From: Takakia lepidozioides
Lineage: Eukaryota; Plantae; Bryophyta
Length of the DNA: 64,000 bases
NCBI GenBank assembly: GCA_030704615.1
Contig: CM060732.1
Coordinates: forward strand, 32,240,001-32,304,000
Reading direction: 5' to 3'
The translations under genes were made by a program, and so were the position numbers. Below the pieces are notes generated by a model. The model had not been told where the DNA came from and did no database searches. It saw only the letters and a program-made list of their open reading frames with translations. Shown here piece by piece: positions 49,601 through 63,600 of the stretch. Every line of letters begins with the position of its first letter. Within the stretch, counting starts at the first letter, position 1.

Positions 49601-52600
49601 ATCCATGTATGAATTCCCGATTGGGCCTCCTGAACTCACAATATATGTGCAAACTAGTTCGTTTGTAGGGATTTCTGTCCGAGAGTTAATGGACGGGACT
49701 ACTGACTCTTGACCATGTAACTGTTGGTGGTTGTTTTTTCGTGTAGTTTTTGGCAACTGTCTCACACGAGATTCGAACACCAATGGTTGGTGTCTTGGGT
49801 AAGTTCTGCTACAATTATTTTTGTCAGTAACACATCAGTACGTAAATTGCGCTAAATGTTAGTTACATTTTCCAGTGAAGGAACTGTACTGCGAGAGGTC
49901 TGCTTTTGAGAATGATCTCTAAGCTATTTGAAAGCAAAGTTGCCGTGGCTGATCATAGGCTATATTAGTTGCAGGCAAATTGCTGCATCCTCCTGTAACA
50001 GGATTGAACACCCTTTCGATGTGGTCACGATCATACAGGTCTTCTACAACACAGTATTACTCCTAAATCTACATAGACCTAAATGAAGAACCTAAATCTG
50101 GAAAGGCCAAGCTTCTTTTGTTACAGGAATGCTTCAAATGCTGATGGATACTTCTCTGGATGCAACACAACAAGACTATGCCCGAACAGCCCAGGCCAGT
50201 GGCAAAGCTCTCATCACCCTTATCAATGAGCTCCTTGATCAGGCAAAGATTGAGTCAGGGCGGCTCGAACTTGAAGCTGTGCCGTTTGACCTGTGTGCCA
50301 TTCTTGATGATGTGCTCTCCCTTTTCAGTGGGAAATCTCGCGATGAGGGGATTGAGGTCTGCTCTCCACACCAATACAGTAAGAGAAGTAGATAAGGTCT
50401 TCTTCCAGTGTCAGTCTTGGGGCCCCTGCAACCTGAACAAAGTTACAAGTACAGTTTCCAAAACAAAGTGAAGACTAAAGCGATGGATTAGGAGAAAAGA
50501 GGGTGGGGGGATGCCAGATCACAATTTGATTGTACCTTCTCCTTCATTTTATTGGATTGTTGTCGAATGGACCTTGGGCTTAGCAGTCAAACAATTTCTA
50601 GTTAGGTCACTTCAGCTTTCAATCAATATTTGGTGGCTGGTGGGATATCTGAAGAGCATGGCTAAGATCTAAATTTACTGTCAGAGAAGGAAGTCCCTAA
50701 TGAGGGGTTTTGTGTGCTTGTCTTTTGCACACATGTAACTTGGACAAGAGAAGCTGGCTGTATTTGTCTCGGAAAGGGTTCCCAGCATTCTCATTGGAGA
50801 CCCAGGGAGATTTCGGCAAATCATTATCAACCTTGTCGGGAACTCCATTAAAGTATATTCTCTTCACCTTTCTGTATTACAGTGGGCTTTCTTTCCTGCC
50901 CGCGCTGTTTCTGATGACTAATCAACCTCGGTTGAATGTTCCATTATGCAGTTTACAGAGAAGGGGCACATATTTGTTTGTGTACATTTGGCGGAGGACA
51001 TGAATATGGTGCTGGATGGTGATAGCGTCGAAGATTACTACGAGGAGGAGGTTGAGAGTCCTGGGGGACCTGACATGAGAAATCAGTTCAATACCTTGAG
51101 TGGCTTCGAAACTGCTGATGGAAGGAATAGTTGGGAGACCTTTGGGCGCCTGTTGGCACATGAAAGCTCTTTCCACCCAGAGTCTGGGCATGATACCTGG
51201 GATTGTTTGGAGGAGAATGATCTTGTTAACCTGGTGGTTTGTGTGGAGGACACAGGAGTTGGAATTCCGTACCACGTCCAGGAGCGCATATTTACACCCT
51301 TTGTGCAGGTAAGGCTGCATCAAAAGAACCTTTATGGGTGTGTGGACTTGCTGGGCTCAACAGTGAGCTGGGGAGTGCTAGATAAAATTGAGCGGACACT
51401 ACCATGCGTCACCAAGCAGTTTACATAATTTTGATCAGATTATGCAAAGCTGGGTTAATTTAGCAGTTTTTGTAATGATGCTGGCTACTGTCTACTCATG
51501 GCTGCAGAGGAAGAGAGGAGTGGGGTGGGTGTTCAGCAATGCTGCAGTCTTCACTCAAAATCAAGTACATTAAATGCAAGGTCTTGATGAGAGAACTTTT
51601 ACTATTTTGAGTGCAGGCTGACAGCTCAACATCAAGAACTCATGGAGGTACAGGAATCGGACTCAGCATTAGCCGTTGCTTGGTGGCGTTAATGGAGGGT
51701 GAGATGGGGTTTGTGAGCCACCCAGGCAAGGGGTCAACGTTCACCTTCACTGCGATTCTTCAAAGTGTGCCAGAAAGTGTGCCGGTTCAGGTCCTCAGGG
51801 AATCTAACTGTGTGTTGCAAACGCCCCCATTACCAGCATGTTTCCAAGGAATGCGAACGCTGGTTGTGGATGGGAGACCAGTCCGGTGCGAGGTGACCCG
51901 ACATCACTTGCGAAGGCTTGGTGTGCTGGTAACCTCTTTTACTTTCAAAGTCAGATTCTTCTTTCTCCTCCCCCTTTCTTTAAACTACACTCTCGAGTCT
52001 CCAAGCACAAGGCTACAGCAAACGTAATCAATTGAGTTCATCTGTCAAAATTGGATTTCAAACCAGGAACAAGAAGTGGTGCTGTGTGGGCATTTACTCA
52101 CTTGTGCTGGGGATGAGTACCAGTCAAGCTGGATGTATCATACCGGATGGTGAGAGTTATTGATGTCCCACAAGTTTCTTTTCCGCTCTGTGGTAAGCTG
52201 TATGCAGATGCTTGGATTGCTTAGTCATCACGATGCTTTTTTATCTGAATTAATCTTGCATAGTTGTTACTGTTAGGTGTGGTGGGGTCATTGATTTGTC
52301 GGCTTACTTCCCTAGACCCATGGAGGTTGATGCACTGAGGTTGATGCACTGTAAAGTCAATGTAATTAGCTTGGGTTGCATGACTCAATGCTCGATGGGG
52401 GGTTTTGGATCAAAACCTTGATTTCCAAGTTTTATCCAAAGCTATCTGGCTTAGAAACAAACTCCGTGTTTGTACTGTGACTGATGGTCAGGTTGAAGTC
52501 GCCCATAAGGTGGGTTCCGCTCTTGCACTGCTGGCAGCCACGACTGATGGTGGTGCTAATGGCTTTCACAGGTATCACTAAAGGTTCTGTGTCTTGTGGG

Positions 52601-53749
52601 TTCTTTTCTAGGTGTGGAAGGGGTTAGGTGCATAGTCGATCGAGAAGAAGGTATTTCCTGTTTTCTTTCTGTATCTTTGAAGTTCTACCTACTCTTCCTA
52701 CTGACTCTGACTCAAAAGTGTTCGTTCACCCTTGTCAGCTCGACGGCAGGGGGTATAGATTTGATTCTTGTGGACAAGGATGCGTGGGGACCCGGAACAG
52801 GCATAAACTTCCCGCGTCTTCTGGCCCAAAGTATAGGCCTGAGCTCAGACTACAGCAGCTCCAGAGCAAGATACAGCAGACCCAGATTAACCCCCTGCAG
52901 GCTGCCGAGTGGGTTCCCATTCCGTAATCTACCGAAGATGATGTTGGTGGCAACATCAGTTACTCCGGGGGACCAGGAAATGGCTATAGCGAATGGATTT
53001 CTGGATACCATAATTATAAAACCCCTTAGGGCAAGTATGGTGGCAGCCTGCCTCCAGCAGGCACTTGGGTATGGAGACAGAAGAGAGCAAGGGCGGGAGC
53101 TTCCCATGGAGGGCGGGTCTCTACAGAACCTTCTCTCTGGGAAAAGAATCTTAGTGGTTGATGACAACAGGGTTAATCGAAGGGTGGCTGCTGCGGCCCT
53201 TAACAAATATGGTGCCAAAGTGGAGTGTGTAGACAGTGGGAGAGAGGCAATTACAAGGCTTCGCCCCCCTCACAATTTTGATGCGTGTTTCATGGATGTT
53301 CAGATGCCTGAAATGGATGGGTAAGCTATGGGTCAACCCAAGTCTTTGGGACACTCATTGCCTCAGACACAAGTAGAGATGTACAGTCTAAGGTGAGGCC
53401 CTAGACAACTTGAACTTGCCAAGTAACTGTTTGAAGGAGAAGAAATCTTCCAACTGTGAAATTAAATGTGATGGAGAGATATCTTCACCCTAACCAAAGT
53501 TTTGTGCTAGGCAGGTTTGAAGCAACAAGACTAATACGCCAAGCTGAACTTCAGAGCGTGGAATGGATGTCTTCTGGTGTACTAAGCCATGGGCTCCCTG
53601 TGCGCATACCAATCCTGGCAATGACAGCTGATGTAATACAAGCAACAGCGGCTGAGTGTTTGCGGTGTGGGATGAATGGCTATGTTGCCAAGCCTTTTGA
53701 TGAGCAACAACTGTACAATGCAGTCTGCCACTTTTTTGAGACAGATTAG
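46640..53749 (+). CDS. CHK: CHASE-domain hybrid histidine kinase (cytokinin receptor, AHK2/3/4-CHK family). Exons: 46640-47071, 47400-47492, 47860-48096, 48337-48506, 48749-48964, 49227-49416, 49747-49798, 50127-50356, 50754-50852, 50952-51308, 51617-51928, 52492-52571, 52750-53320, 53515-53749
   Basis: CHASE: [67 protein letters not shown]-box [13 protein letters not shown]; N-box [10 protein letters not shown]; G1 EDTGVGIP; G2 [10 protein letters not shown]; receiver [11 protein letters not shown]. The exact start codon is uncertain. Confidence 0.95.
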
Positions 53750-55789
53750 GCTTCCACTGGAGTGACAGACCCGGGGGCATTATCTCGTGATACCCTGCCA
53801 AAAATCTGCGCACCCATGAAGGTAAGCTGATATCTGTCACATAGCCATTTCGAAGATTTTGAGATAGCACACGAGCTTTGCTGAATGGGCTGTAATTTTT
53901 GTCCCATAAGTTAATATGCCTATGAAGAATGTTTGTTTGCTATAGAAAGGTCATGCTCAATTTTGGATTCATCACAGAAGTAGGGGACAATCCAGGGCAA
54001 AGATGGACGGGTGTGCAGTAGAGCAAGGACCAGAAGAATGAAAGAAACATAGAGACACAGAAAGACTGTGCCTCATAGAAAGGCTGTAGAGTTTCATAGA
54101 TAAGGACTCCAAGGTTGTAGAGTTGAGGAGATGAGGCTTTAGCAGTCAATTGCAAGAGTCAGAGTGTAACATAGAGAGAGAAGGACAAGTTTGGAAACAG
54201 CACTGAGTTACATGTTCTGCAACTTTGCAGGCCCTGAAGAGAAGAGCTTGTTGGGAGCTGTCAGACGCATGTACTGCTGAATCTGGGGGGTTACGCTGGC
54301 TGCTTTAGAAATCCTGTAGAAGCTTATGTGAAAGCATCTGCATGGTCTAAGTAGCCATTGCTGCCTCAGGTAGCACCTTTTCACACCCTGGTGACTCTCG
54401 GGTGCCTGGGGGCCTAGGCCTCGGGTAAAGTCGAGGAGGTCCAGTCCTTTCCAATGCTTTGTGATTATAACCTTGAACTGGAGTATTTGCCCTGCCTGCT
54501 CTGTCACTTACGGCTGGAGTGTCAATAAATCCTACTCTGAGAAGTGCACTCAGCTTCATTCCACGATGGTGTAAGGATATTCTTTTGTCGTTGTGTGTTT
54601 CTTGCAGGCTGTAAATGTCATTGACATTTAAAAGCCAGAAAGAAAGAGGAAGGGCCCGGAGGTCGTGAGAGTGGCTTTGCAGTGGGGAGGCAGTTGCCTA
54701 CTATCTCCCTCTCTTCATTCTCAAGCACAGCCTCTTATTCATTCCATTACCTTTCAACTCAAAAAAGTTGCATAGTAGCAGCCGAGTGCTCTTGTAACTT
54801 TGTACAGAGGAACTCTTGCATTCTTCAACTTCAGGAAAGTCTTATGTAGGATCACAGCTGTCAATGCCTTGCATGACCTCCTGGAAACTGGGTCTTAAGC
54901 ATTTCACCCATTGAACTCCATGCAAGATAAGCTTTCCCCTGCTTTTTGTTGCTCAGTAAAGTGGCCCCAGGATCACCTGCATTTCCCATCTCCTGGGAAT
55001 GATGTCTATCTCGTCTTTTGTTAAATACTAGGTGAACATCTCCAAAGGTTTGCAATTTGTTTTATAGCGACTTTGACGCTTGTGCCAAATAGCATAGAGG
55101 CACTCGGTTCGGTCATCAAAGCTGTGCAGCATTGTAGCGTCTGATTTGCTCATATTGGGCTGTCAACTCAAATTTGGCTCACAATGCAGGCCTTGGGCCA
55201 CTTGCAGTTACTTACTGCTAAATAAAAAGGGGGGATGCCCCACTTGCCTTGAATCGAATGTCTCTCAGTTTCCGTTTCAGTTTATGCATGTATTTGATTG
55301 AATGCTTGTATTTCAACACATGCCTTACCCCAAGTGAAACGTATCCCTTTAGAATTAACTTAAGGGGTGAACAGGCAGTTGGACTGACTAAGGGAGGTAG
55401 GTACTATTAAGAGGTGGAGGAACCGAAGCATGTGTACGCTTGTAGGGCCCTGCAATGATCCTGTAAGAGGGTTCACAGTTCACAGCTCACAACCAGGGGA
55501 GGTGATGCTCAGAGGAGGAAGACGACTTGCGAAGCGTCAGTGCCTTCCATTTGAAAGGTGGACCTCTTGTGGGTCCTTGAGAAATGGATGAGTGTTGCTC
55601 CAGAACACAGATGTGAAAAAAGGTCCAAGACACAAGAGGAGGAAGGGGACAGAGAATGTCAACGAGCCAATCACATGCCAAGCAGGTGTCAATGTGGCGC
55701 CACGAGAGGCATGGCCTGTTCCATGGCGGGCAGAGGTTGCAGGGAGGGTAGTTCTCGGCCGATAGTACCCAGGGGCGGGCTCGTGCGCT

Positions 55790-58700
55790 ATGGACTTTTC
55801 GGTGGCTTTAGATGGAGCAGAAGGTGGGTTGAAGGGGACAGAGAACGAACCAAGAAGAGAGAGAGAGACGGAGTTGTATGAAGAAGACGCGGATGGGTGG
55901 CAGTACAGGGGCGAGGGGGCTGCCAACATTGTGTTGGCTTACTGTGGAAGAAGACCCGCATTTGTATATCTCTTTCCTTCCGGTCTATGTATCTGAGAGA
56001 TGTCAGTTGGGTTGTTTTTATGAACGTATAACGGCAAGCTTATCGACCTCGGGCGTCATTGGTAGCTTTTCTAACCTGAAGTAGTTGTGTTCTGTCAACA
56101 GATTGGGAGAGTTCTGCGGATCCGCAAAGTGTCAGCCAAAAAAGCAAACGGTAAAGGTGTCGAGAACAATGATAGACAGGCAAAGCCCCCAATTTTGTCA
56201 CAGGACGAGCAGAGGCTCTGGATTGAATCGCCAGCCATGGCAGAGGTGACCACACCTGCAGGATTGGCACATGTATATGCACGTGAGGTCATACAGCCTT
56301 TGTTGGGGAGGGAACATGTAGACGCTGGGGTGCGATTTCTTCACCATCGTCACTCCCAACCTCCACCCCCGCCCTTCTCTCTCTCTCTCTCTCTCTCTCT
56401 CTACTGTGTTGCTCTACATTGCCCCGGCTTCCTGTGGGATGTGATTAGACTTTTTTGGTTCTTCCTCTGTTTTTTATCTCTCATCCAGTGCTCCATCTTT
56501 GAGCAGTAGTAGAGGCCTGGTTTTCTTGTAGTGCTTGGTTTGTTTTGTGATCTTGTCCCATAGCTCGTGGGACTTACTCTGGATGTAAACGAGTTCCTCT
56601 GCGTCTTCCTCTCTTTGCATGGCGTATCAGTAGAACTTGCATTCACTGAAATTCGAAGGCTCGACGTCCGGACTGCACCTCACACCATCTCCTTACAGTA
56701 CAGCAGCTCCAATACTGGTTCTCTGAAACTCAAGAACACTTGACGTTCTAAAGGAGAAAGTTCATTTACAAAGCACCGGAGCAACTGAGCTACTAAAGAA
56801 TTGGCTGTGTCTATTCGTGGGGCTGTATGTTCAGTTGCTAGTCTATCTATCGAGGGAATTTGTGGAGGCCGTGAATCATGATGTCGCAAGCAAGCAACCT
56901 GCATGGAGGGAGAAGGCGGGACGTCTGGACTTGGCTGGAGGCGTGGCCCTCTTGATTTCAGACCACTCGTCCTTTGCCTCACTTCGAGGTGTTTGGTTGG
57001 GTCTTCTCTGGACCAAGACCTGATACCTGTCATTGTTTCCCACAAAATGATTTTTGCATTGCTTCTGTCATACTTGTCTTGTGCCCTTTATGTCCTATCA
57101 ACCTTCAATCTTGTTCAGGTTCCATTTATTGTAAAACTTGCAAGTGATGAGGGAGGAAGTCATGGAAATGTCTAATCATGTATGATGAACATATGGTTCT
57201 CATTATTTCATCAGCCAGCCACATCCACCTTTTCTGAACAATGGCAGTGTTAGGAGGTTCTCATGATATCGTGGAGTGCTGCAATCTGCAGCTCATTTAA
57301 AGTGTCTTTCTAGCATATGTGCCTAATTAAGTCCTTCGACATGACTGAATCATTGTGAGGTTGCTTCGCAGTGAACGTTCATGACTTACCACCCACCATC
57401 ACCATAGAAATCAAGGTATGCTTCTCTTATGGTTTAGCCAGAATCTAGACACATTCTATGCTAGATTGTTAAGAATGTCAAACTAGGAGATTGTGACTTT
57501 CCGTATGATGTCTAAGCTGCTGTATAGACTACCCAGAGTTCAGAAGTCTTATTAAGAGACCCACACAAATATTTGTATCACCTCCCGATGGTCCTCAGTT
57601 GTAGCTGACGACCCTATGGGTTAGACATCTTCTGCTTAGAAGACTGGCAACTCAGTTATCAGAGGCACCTGGAAGGCATTGTTCTTCCTACCCCTTGTCC
57701 TCAGCATCAAAGTCAAGTGCTGGGATAGGTTTTCAAGGCTGGCTTGAAGTTTTTGATGGGACCATTCTGTATGTAATAGAGAGGACCCTCCACATTAGTT
57801 AAGAAATCAACACCTATTTACTGCATGCTCCATGTCTGTGTTGCCGAAAGCAGCCAAAGGAATTGGAAATATGACAGAGCCAAATTTGTCATCAGTGACT
57901 TCCTAAAACCAACCTGCCAGTCTTTGCCAAACATCATCCGTCAGGTGTAACATGGCACAGTATGCCAGCAGTCAACTTCTGAATGTGGTGGAAGTCCTAT
58001 TGCTGAGATTCTGGTGGTTTCCTAAGGAGAAGTGTGTTTGATTATTGGTTAAGGGAATTTTGTGTGATAATCGCAGCCAAAATGGGGTTCTTTACCACTG
58101 GCAACGACCATCACGAAGGAGAATGCAGTGAAACGACAGGTGTCACGGTTTGCAATGCATCAGCAGCTCAAGCTTAAGGAGGGCAAGGTCTAAGACACCC
58201 TGCTTTGGTCCTTCCTGTTTTGTCTTGTGATTCCACAAAGACCTGCTTTTTGCACTTCCCTAATATAAGGTCTTAACATTGTTCTCTCGTCTCTTGCTTT
58301 TTCTCCGTTTTTTCTTGTTGTTCTAGTTTGTCCGATGGGCCTGACAAACCCCCCCCCCCCCCACTGTCTATCGTATGCATGGTTATGTTTCAAACAATTT
58401 AGAGCTATTGATCTATAACTGTCTTGCGGCACCACTGGAGTAGTCTGCTGCTGGTTTTGTTCTCTACACACTTTCAACTCAAACAAGCCCCAGAAACAAG
58501 GATTGCAACGAAGTCTCAATAGACGGGGAAAGATACAGGGTAGTTATCGTTACCTTTAAAGATGGAATTCTGCCATATCCTGTAGACTAAGAGGGGTCAG
58601 TTCTTGTCTTGTGTGGTCGCTTGGCAAATGTGTCCTGGATACAAGCCTATGGGAAGTGAGGAGAACTAAGTTATACTTATTGGGCATCCACAGATTAAAA

Positions 58701-60119
58701 GCTTGAGCAGTTACTCACCACTGGACCTTTTCTCTGGCACTATGGAGGGCATCCACAAGGCCCTTCTCGCTCTACTTGAAACTCCCCAAAACAACCTTCG
58801 TATCTTTGCCAACGGAATCGAAGTCTTTCCAGGTGCGGAAGGCAATGCTGGGTCCCCTGAGAGCTGCAAAGGCACCTTAGAGGATAGTTTGGAGGGATTT
58901 TCATTTGTTCCAAAGGGAGAGCGACTCCTAGCCTTCCGAAGACTTGTAGCTCACATATTGCACCAGAGCAAGATACTTGGTAGACTGCTTGCTGTACAAA
59001 AGTTGGATGCGTACGACATTGAGGGTGCCATCCTGGCCTACAAGAATTTGTTGGAACAGGATCCAGGTCAGTATCCCTGTCAGCATTCGTGTCCAACCCT
59101 GCAGATCTGGACAGCTACTTCTTAGTTGGTGATGAGTATTAGGTGGAAGTACTTCCGTGTTGTGCCAGAGGAAGACTCTGTGAATCCCACAACTAAGGAA
59201 CAAAGCCTGGAGGCTGAAAGGCGGCTGAAAGAGCAGTTGATCGTCTGTAGTATTTACTCTGGGCATTTCCAGCATGTCCCCTTCATCTCAAGCCTCAGAT
59301 AAACTAGTATTCATAGCTGAGCACTCATTATCTGTTGGAAGTTGGGTTTCAGGTGCAGCCGAAGCTCAACATGACAACACCACTCGGAAAGAAAACATGA
59401 GTGTTGAAAGCCTAGCTCTTGAGAATGAGGAAGAGCAATACCAGAGGGACCAAGATTGGATTCGGTCTCTGTCCTGGAATGATAGTCGCCGAATAGTGCG
59501 AAACTACCTCATTGCAGCAACTGCCAAAGACTGTGGTTTGATGCTCACATTGCGACCTTTCCAAAATGGCTCTGTCTCCGCTTTCCCTGTCCCATCAACT
59601 TCTGTGGCATGCTGTCCGACAACCAAGCAGCAATATTCGTACAAGGTATGGAGAGGGATGGGTTGAAATTAATTATCCAGCAGGTTACGGAAGTTTGATC
59701 TATTCAATAAAACAAGATGACGAAGAGTAACAGGGGAGCGTAGCAGTGGTTGACGAAGAGTAACAGGGGAGAGTAGCAGTGTTTGGAAGTGCAATCTGAC
59801 ATGCCAATTAAGAAAAATGATGATGAAATGCAGGGGTGGATGAGGGGAGAGTTAGGGGAGGTGAGCATCATGGGGCGTATTCCAATAATACAACTCCATT
59901 AGTGGGACTACTTCAAAGCCTTACTACTGGCAAATATGATGCTAGACACTCACCAGAGAGTATCCGAAGACTGGGTTGGTTCTCTGCTGACTTACGCTGT
60001 TCTTTCTGCAGATCTCACTCTTGGATCTGGATGTGAAGCGGCTGCACAAGATGCCCTTTTACTACAGGCTGGACCAGGAAATTGTGCAGCATTATAAAGC
60101 CTCATTGGTCCAAGAGTGA
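55790..60119 (+). CDS. IPK1: Inositol-pentakisphosphate 2-kinase. Exons: 55790-55963, 56102-56329, 56835-56988, 57372-57415, 58077-58187, 58694-59066, 59353-59645, 60012-60119
   Basis: WQYRGEGAANIVLAY, IGRVLRIRK, IEIKPKWG, SRFAMHQ, YSPLDLFSG, PQNNLRIF, YLIAATAKDCGLM, LDLDVKRLHKMPFYYRLDQEIV. GT-AG introns with consistent phases. Confidence 0.95.
59718..59783. repeat. 33-bp direct tandem duplication in IPK1 intron 7
   Basis: TGACGAAGAGTAACAGGGGAG(C/A)GTAGCAGTG occurs at 59718 and 59751. Confidence 0.85.
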
Positions 60120-60632
60120 ACTTTCTATGATAGCTGAAAAAATAAAGGTTGTCCTTAGCAATCAATTGAGGTTTGATTGCAAGGCATGGGTTGTAAATAT
60201 GTTCATCTAGAATGGCTGCATTTGCCGTGACAATTAAATGCTTCCTTGTGGAAGATTGTCAGTTAGTTTATCGGTTTATTGGATTTGTTTCCAACAAATG
60301 TGGTATGGTCACATTACATTGAACTGTTTCATTTTCATTTTGTCTGCATGAGTTCTTTGGTTCTCGGCGGTGGCTTTGATTCTGCATGATGACTTCAGAC
60401 AGGAATAGTTTCTTGAATACGTTGGTATTATGAACGGTGTGTTCTATCCCCTATCTCTCAAAATAGGCTGGCTTGTGTCTGTGGGCATTGATTCTGACCA
60501 AGGAACTGCTTTTAAGATGCTATTGAAATCACCTCAAGTCAGATGAAAAGTAACTACAGATCAACAAGCACAGTAGCACATTCCATGCAGAGCCGCACTT
60601 TGTAACCCAAAGTCGAGAGGAGCTCATCCTGC

Positions 60633-63600
60633 CTAGCAAAAGAACATGCTATGCTCACGACTCATTCTTGTTGGGCGAATTGCTTGCAGGTCGCCTCTTT
60701 GTAAATTTGGGTGTTCGTCGTCCGAGAGTTCCTTGCTGCGTTGGTCTTCTTCATACTCCAACAGTTTCTGGAAACGTTTGGCCGCACGGTTGGCATACGC
60801 TATCGGCGCAGCTGTGGCACACGACAAAACACTCTATCAATCACATTGCAAGCTTGCTGTTGATTTGAGAGAATCCAAGACCCTCACGGAGGTCTGAAGT
60901 GTGAACTCATGAGGTACACTTGCACATATTCTCTTCGTCAAATGGTATTCGCGAGTGCATGTGGGGTAGATGGAAAGGGATTTCCACATGTTTCTGAATC
61001 TGGTCTATGAGAAGAGTTAGCGGGAAGATCTACTCACCTACACGTATGGCAGTAGTGGAGGGGGAATATCTGCATTCACACATATAAATTCCTTAGAAAG
61101 ATACGTGCATATGAGAGCGGATACAAATTGTGTCCAAGAGCCAACTACATGATAGAAAACAACAGGCCTGCAATCAAATACTGTGGGTGTGAGCTCAACG
61201 ATTTCTGATTTCTGATATGCTGTAGGAATGCTCTTCACAATTGATTATACATACGTGTAACAAAGATTATATGTCAATTGCTGCAGATCATCGGGCGTAA
61301 ACTCGTTCTCGTTGCAGAGTATATGGTAGTGAGTTGGCCGCGTTGTCCCCTGCATTCAAGTCACTCGGGAAGTTTGTTAATTGATAGTCAGTTTACGATT
61401 ATAACTTGTCACTTTCTTTCTTTGGGATTCGTGGGAGGCACACTGTCTACTCCCGAAATAGTCAATCACGAGAATCAGAAATTCTTAGCAGCATATCTGC
61501 ATGAGGCGTTGACACTGAGTCCCTTCAACAATAATTGTTTCTCTAAGTTCTGTTGTCCAGTAAGCTCTTTTCAGAGCTTTCCCCGGACGTTATGAAGTAT
61601 CGAATATCTGATTTCTTTCAAAGATTTCAAAGTCTAGAAACTCTTGAGCTGACACAAAGTTTCAGGGAAATGATTTTTCTGAGGAACCACCCACCCTTTA
61701 GACGATTAATGACATGGCAGATAAACACGTTTGGCAGGCATGACTACAACGAGAAACAAGAAAGATGGTGAAGAAGTCACACACAATGAGGTTGCTTTGA
61801 CTGCAGAGGAAGAAGTCGTAGGTGTGGGGGTCACATACATCCGTATCCACGATTGTACCTTCACATAGGTCAGTTGAGCGCATGGTCTCAAATCAAACGT
61901 TTAAGAGACATGGTCGACGTTGCCTACATCCTCATTGCAAAAATGAAAAATCCTGCTCAAGCACGACTGATTGCTGTACAAAAACTATGACATGGTAGTG
62001 TTCAGTTTAAATAAATCTCCAGCAGCTCTACATTTGAGGGGACCGTGGTTTCTCTCTTTAAAACGGAAGGCTGCAGCATAGAGGCCATAGAGGTTATGTG
62101 AACTTCAGAAGGGAGCATTACCTGGACTGATATTCTGATTACTGCTGTCTGTAAAGAAGCGAGTGTTATGTGGCTTTTGTGCCACTATTAATGTTATAGC
62201 AGGGCGGTAACCAGACTGCAGACTCTCGCATGCCTGCATTTGTGCATGCCAGTTTTGATCCATAAGAGTTAAAAAAGTCCTGATGAATTTGGAAACATCC
62301 TCTGTCAAGCACTAAGTGATAGAGATGCTTGCCTTGACAAATGCAGTCACCTCCAAGTCGAGAATTTGCTGAAATTGTGAGTTGCTCACCCCACCCCTGC
62401 ACAGCAAACCAAGGTGTTAGGTCGAGAACCTGAAAACGATTGGCTTCAGGGAACTCAAGACTTGCAGGATATGTACATGTTCAGTGTGAGCACATTGGAG
62501 AAGGCATTGAGCAGTATATTTTCAGCAAATGCAATATTGGGAAAGCCTTCAGGAGCTAAAGGGCATTGCCAGCTTTCAAGATCAGGAGATGTCATCGTTG
62601 CATTTGTTAACCCAGCTACTCCATGGAACAAGAGAAGGTGTCCATGGCCACATTATCAAATAGGGGTTGTGCAGTAAAATGTGTGTGTGCAGAACACCAG
62701 GCTCCACATTATGCTTTCTAAGCTTACTGCAATGTTGGTGTAGTTGATATATGCATGCATGCACAAGTAAATTCTGAAGTACGGATTGAGATGATAGCAG
62801 GATGCTCAAATGATTCGAGCAAGTAAGCCAGAAGTCTGAGCTCTACATACCTGTATATTATGATCTGTTGTGGTAACGCGCTCTTGTGCGGATATTGGCA
62901 CGTGTTTTTGAATTCAGTGAGCAAATGCCTAGATCTCACATATACCCACATACTGACAACTGTAAGAAAACACACTCGTCTAAAAGATGCCCGGCCCTGA
63001 TCAATAACAACAACCACACATGACTACAAGTTGATTACAAGTACATTAGCATCGAGAAACCATCACGACGGGCCATGTTCAAATTGAAGCTCTTTTAGTG
63101 AAAAACTCCTTGAAGCCTCGAACACAACGTTACATTTTTAGCTTGCTCAAATTGCTAACTGGTGTTGGTCAAACACGAATAACTCAAGAATGATGAATCG
63201 AACTTGTTTGAGCGCAGTTTACAATCTTAGAACTTTTAATGATTTGTGAAGTTTCAGTTTCTGACCGGACCGTGCCAGCTGCTGCTTGTCCTTCAACGTC
63301 TTCGCACAGGCCTCGGACCAGCGGTTGTCGAGCTGTCTGTGTCCTCACTTGAACTGCAGACAGGCCAGCAAAGTGGGGCCAATTCTTTGTCGCCACCACC
63401 TGTACATACCCAACAATGCTGGCACAAATTTCTCAACTGCTCATAGTTTGCACCGACATAAGGTTGTAGATCTAAGATCATGCATAAAGTTTACCAATTT
63501 GAAGATGGCACTTGATTCAGCCTAAAGTGAGCGCGGTTTATCCACAGTGTGATGGAGACCACATCATGCATGGCTGCAGTCAATGAAGAGGCACTGCTTG

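Noticed and set aside
24122-56533. CACTACAAGA at 24122 and TTTTCTTGTAGTG at 56521-56533 as termini of a giant CACTA element
   Set aside because: The 3-bp flanks differ (CCG vs CTT), there are no subterminal repeats or transposase, the right motif lies inside an IPK1 intron, and the left motif is part of a small local hairpin.
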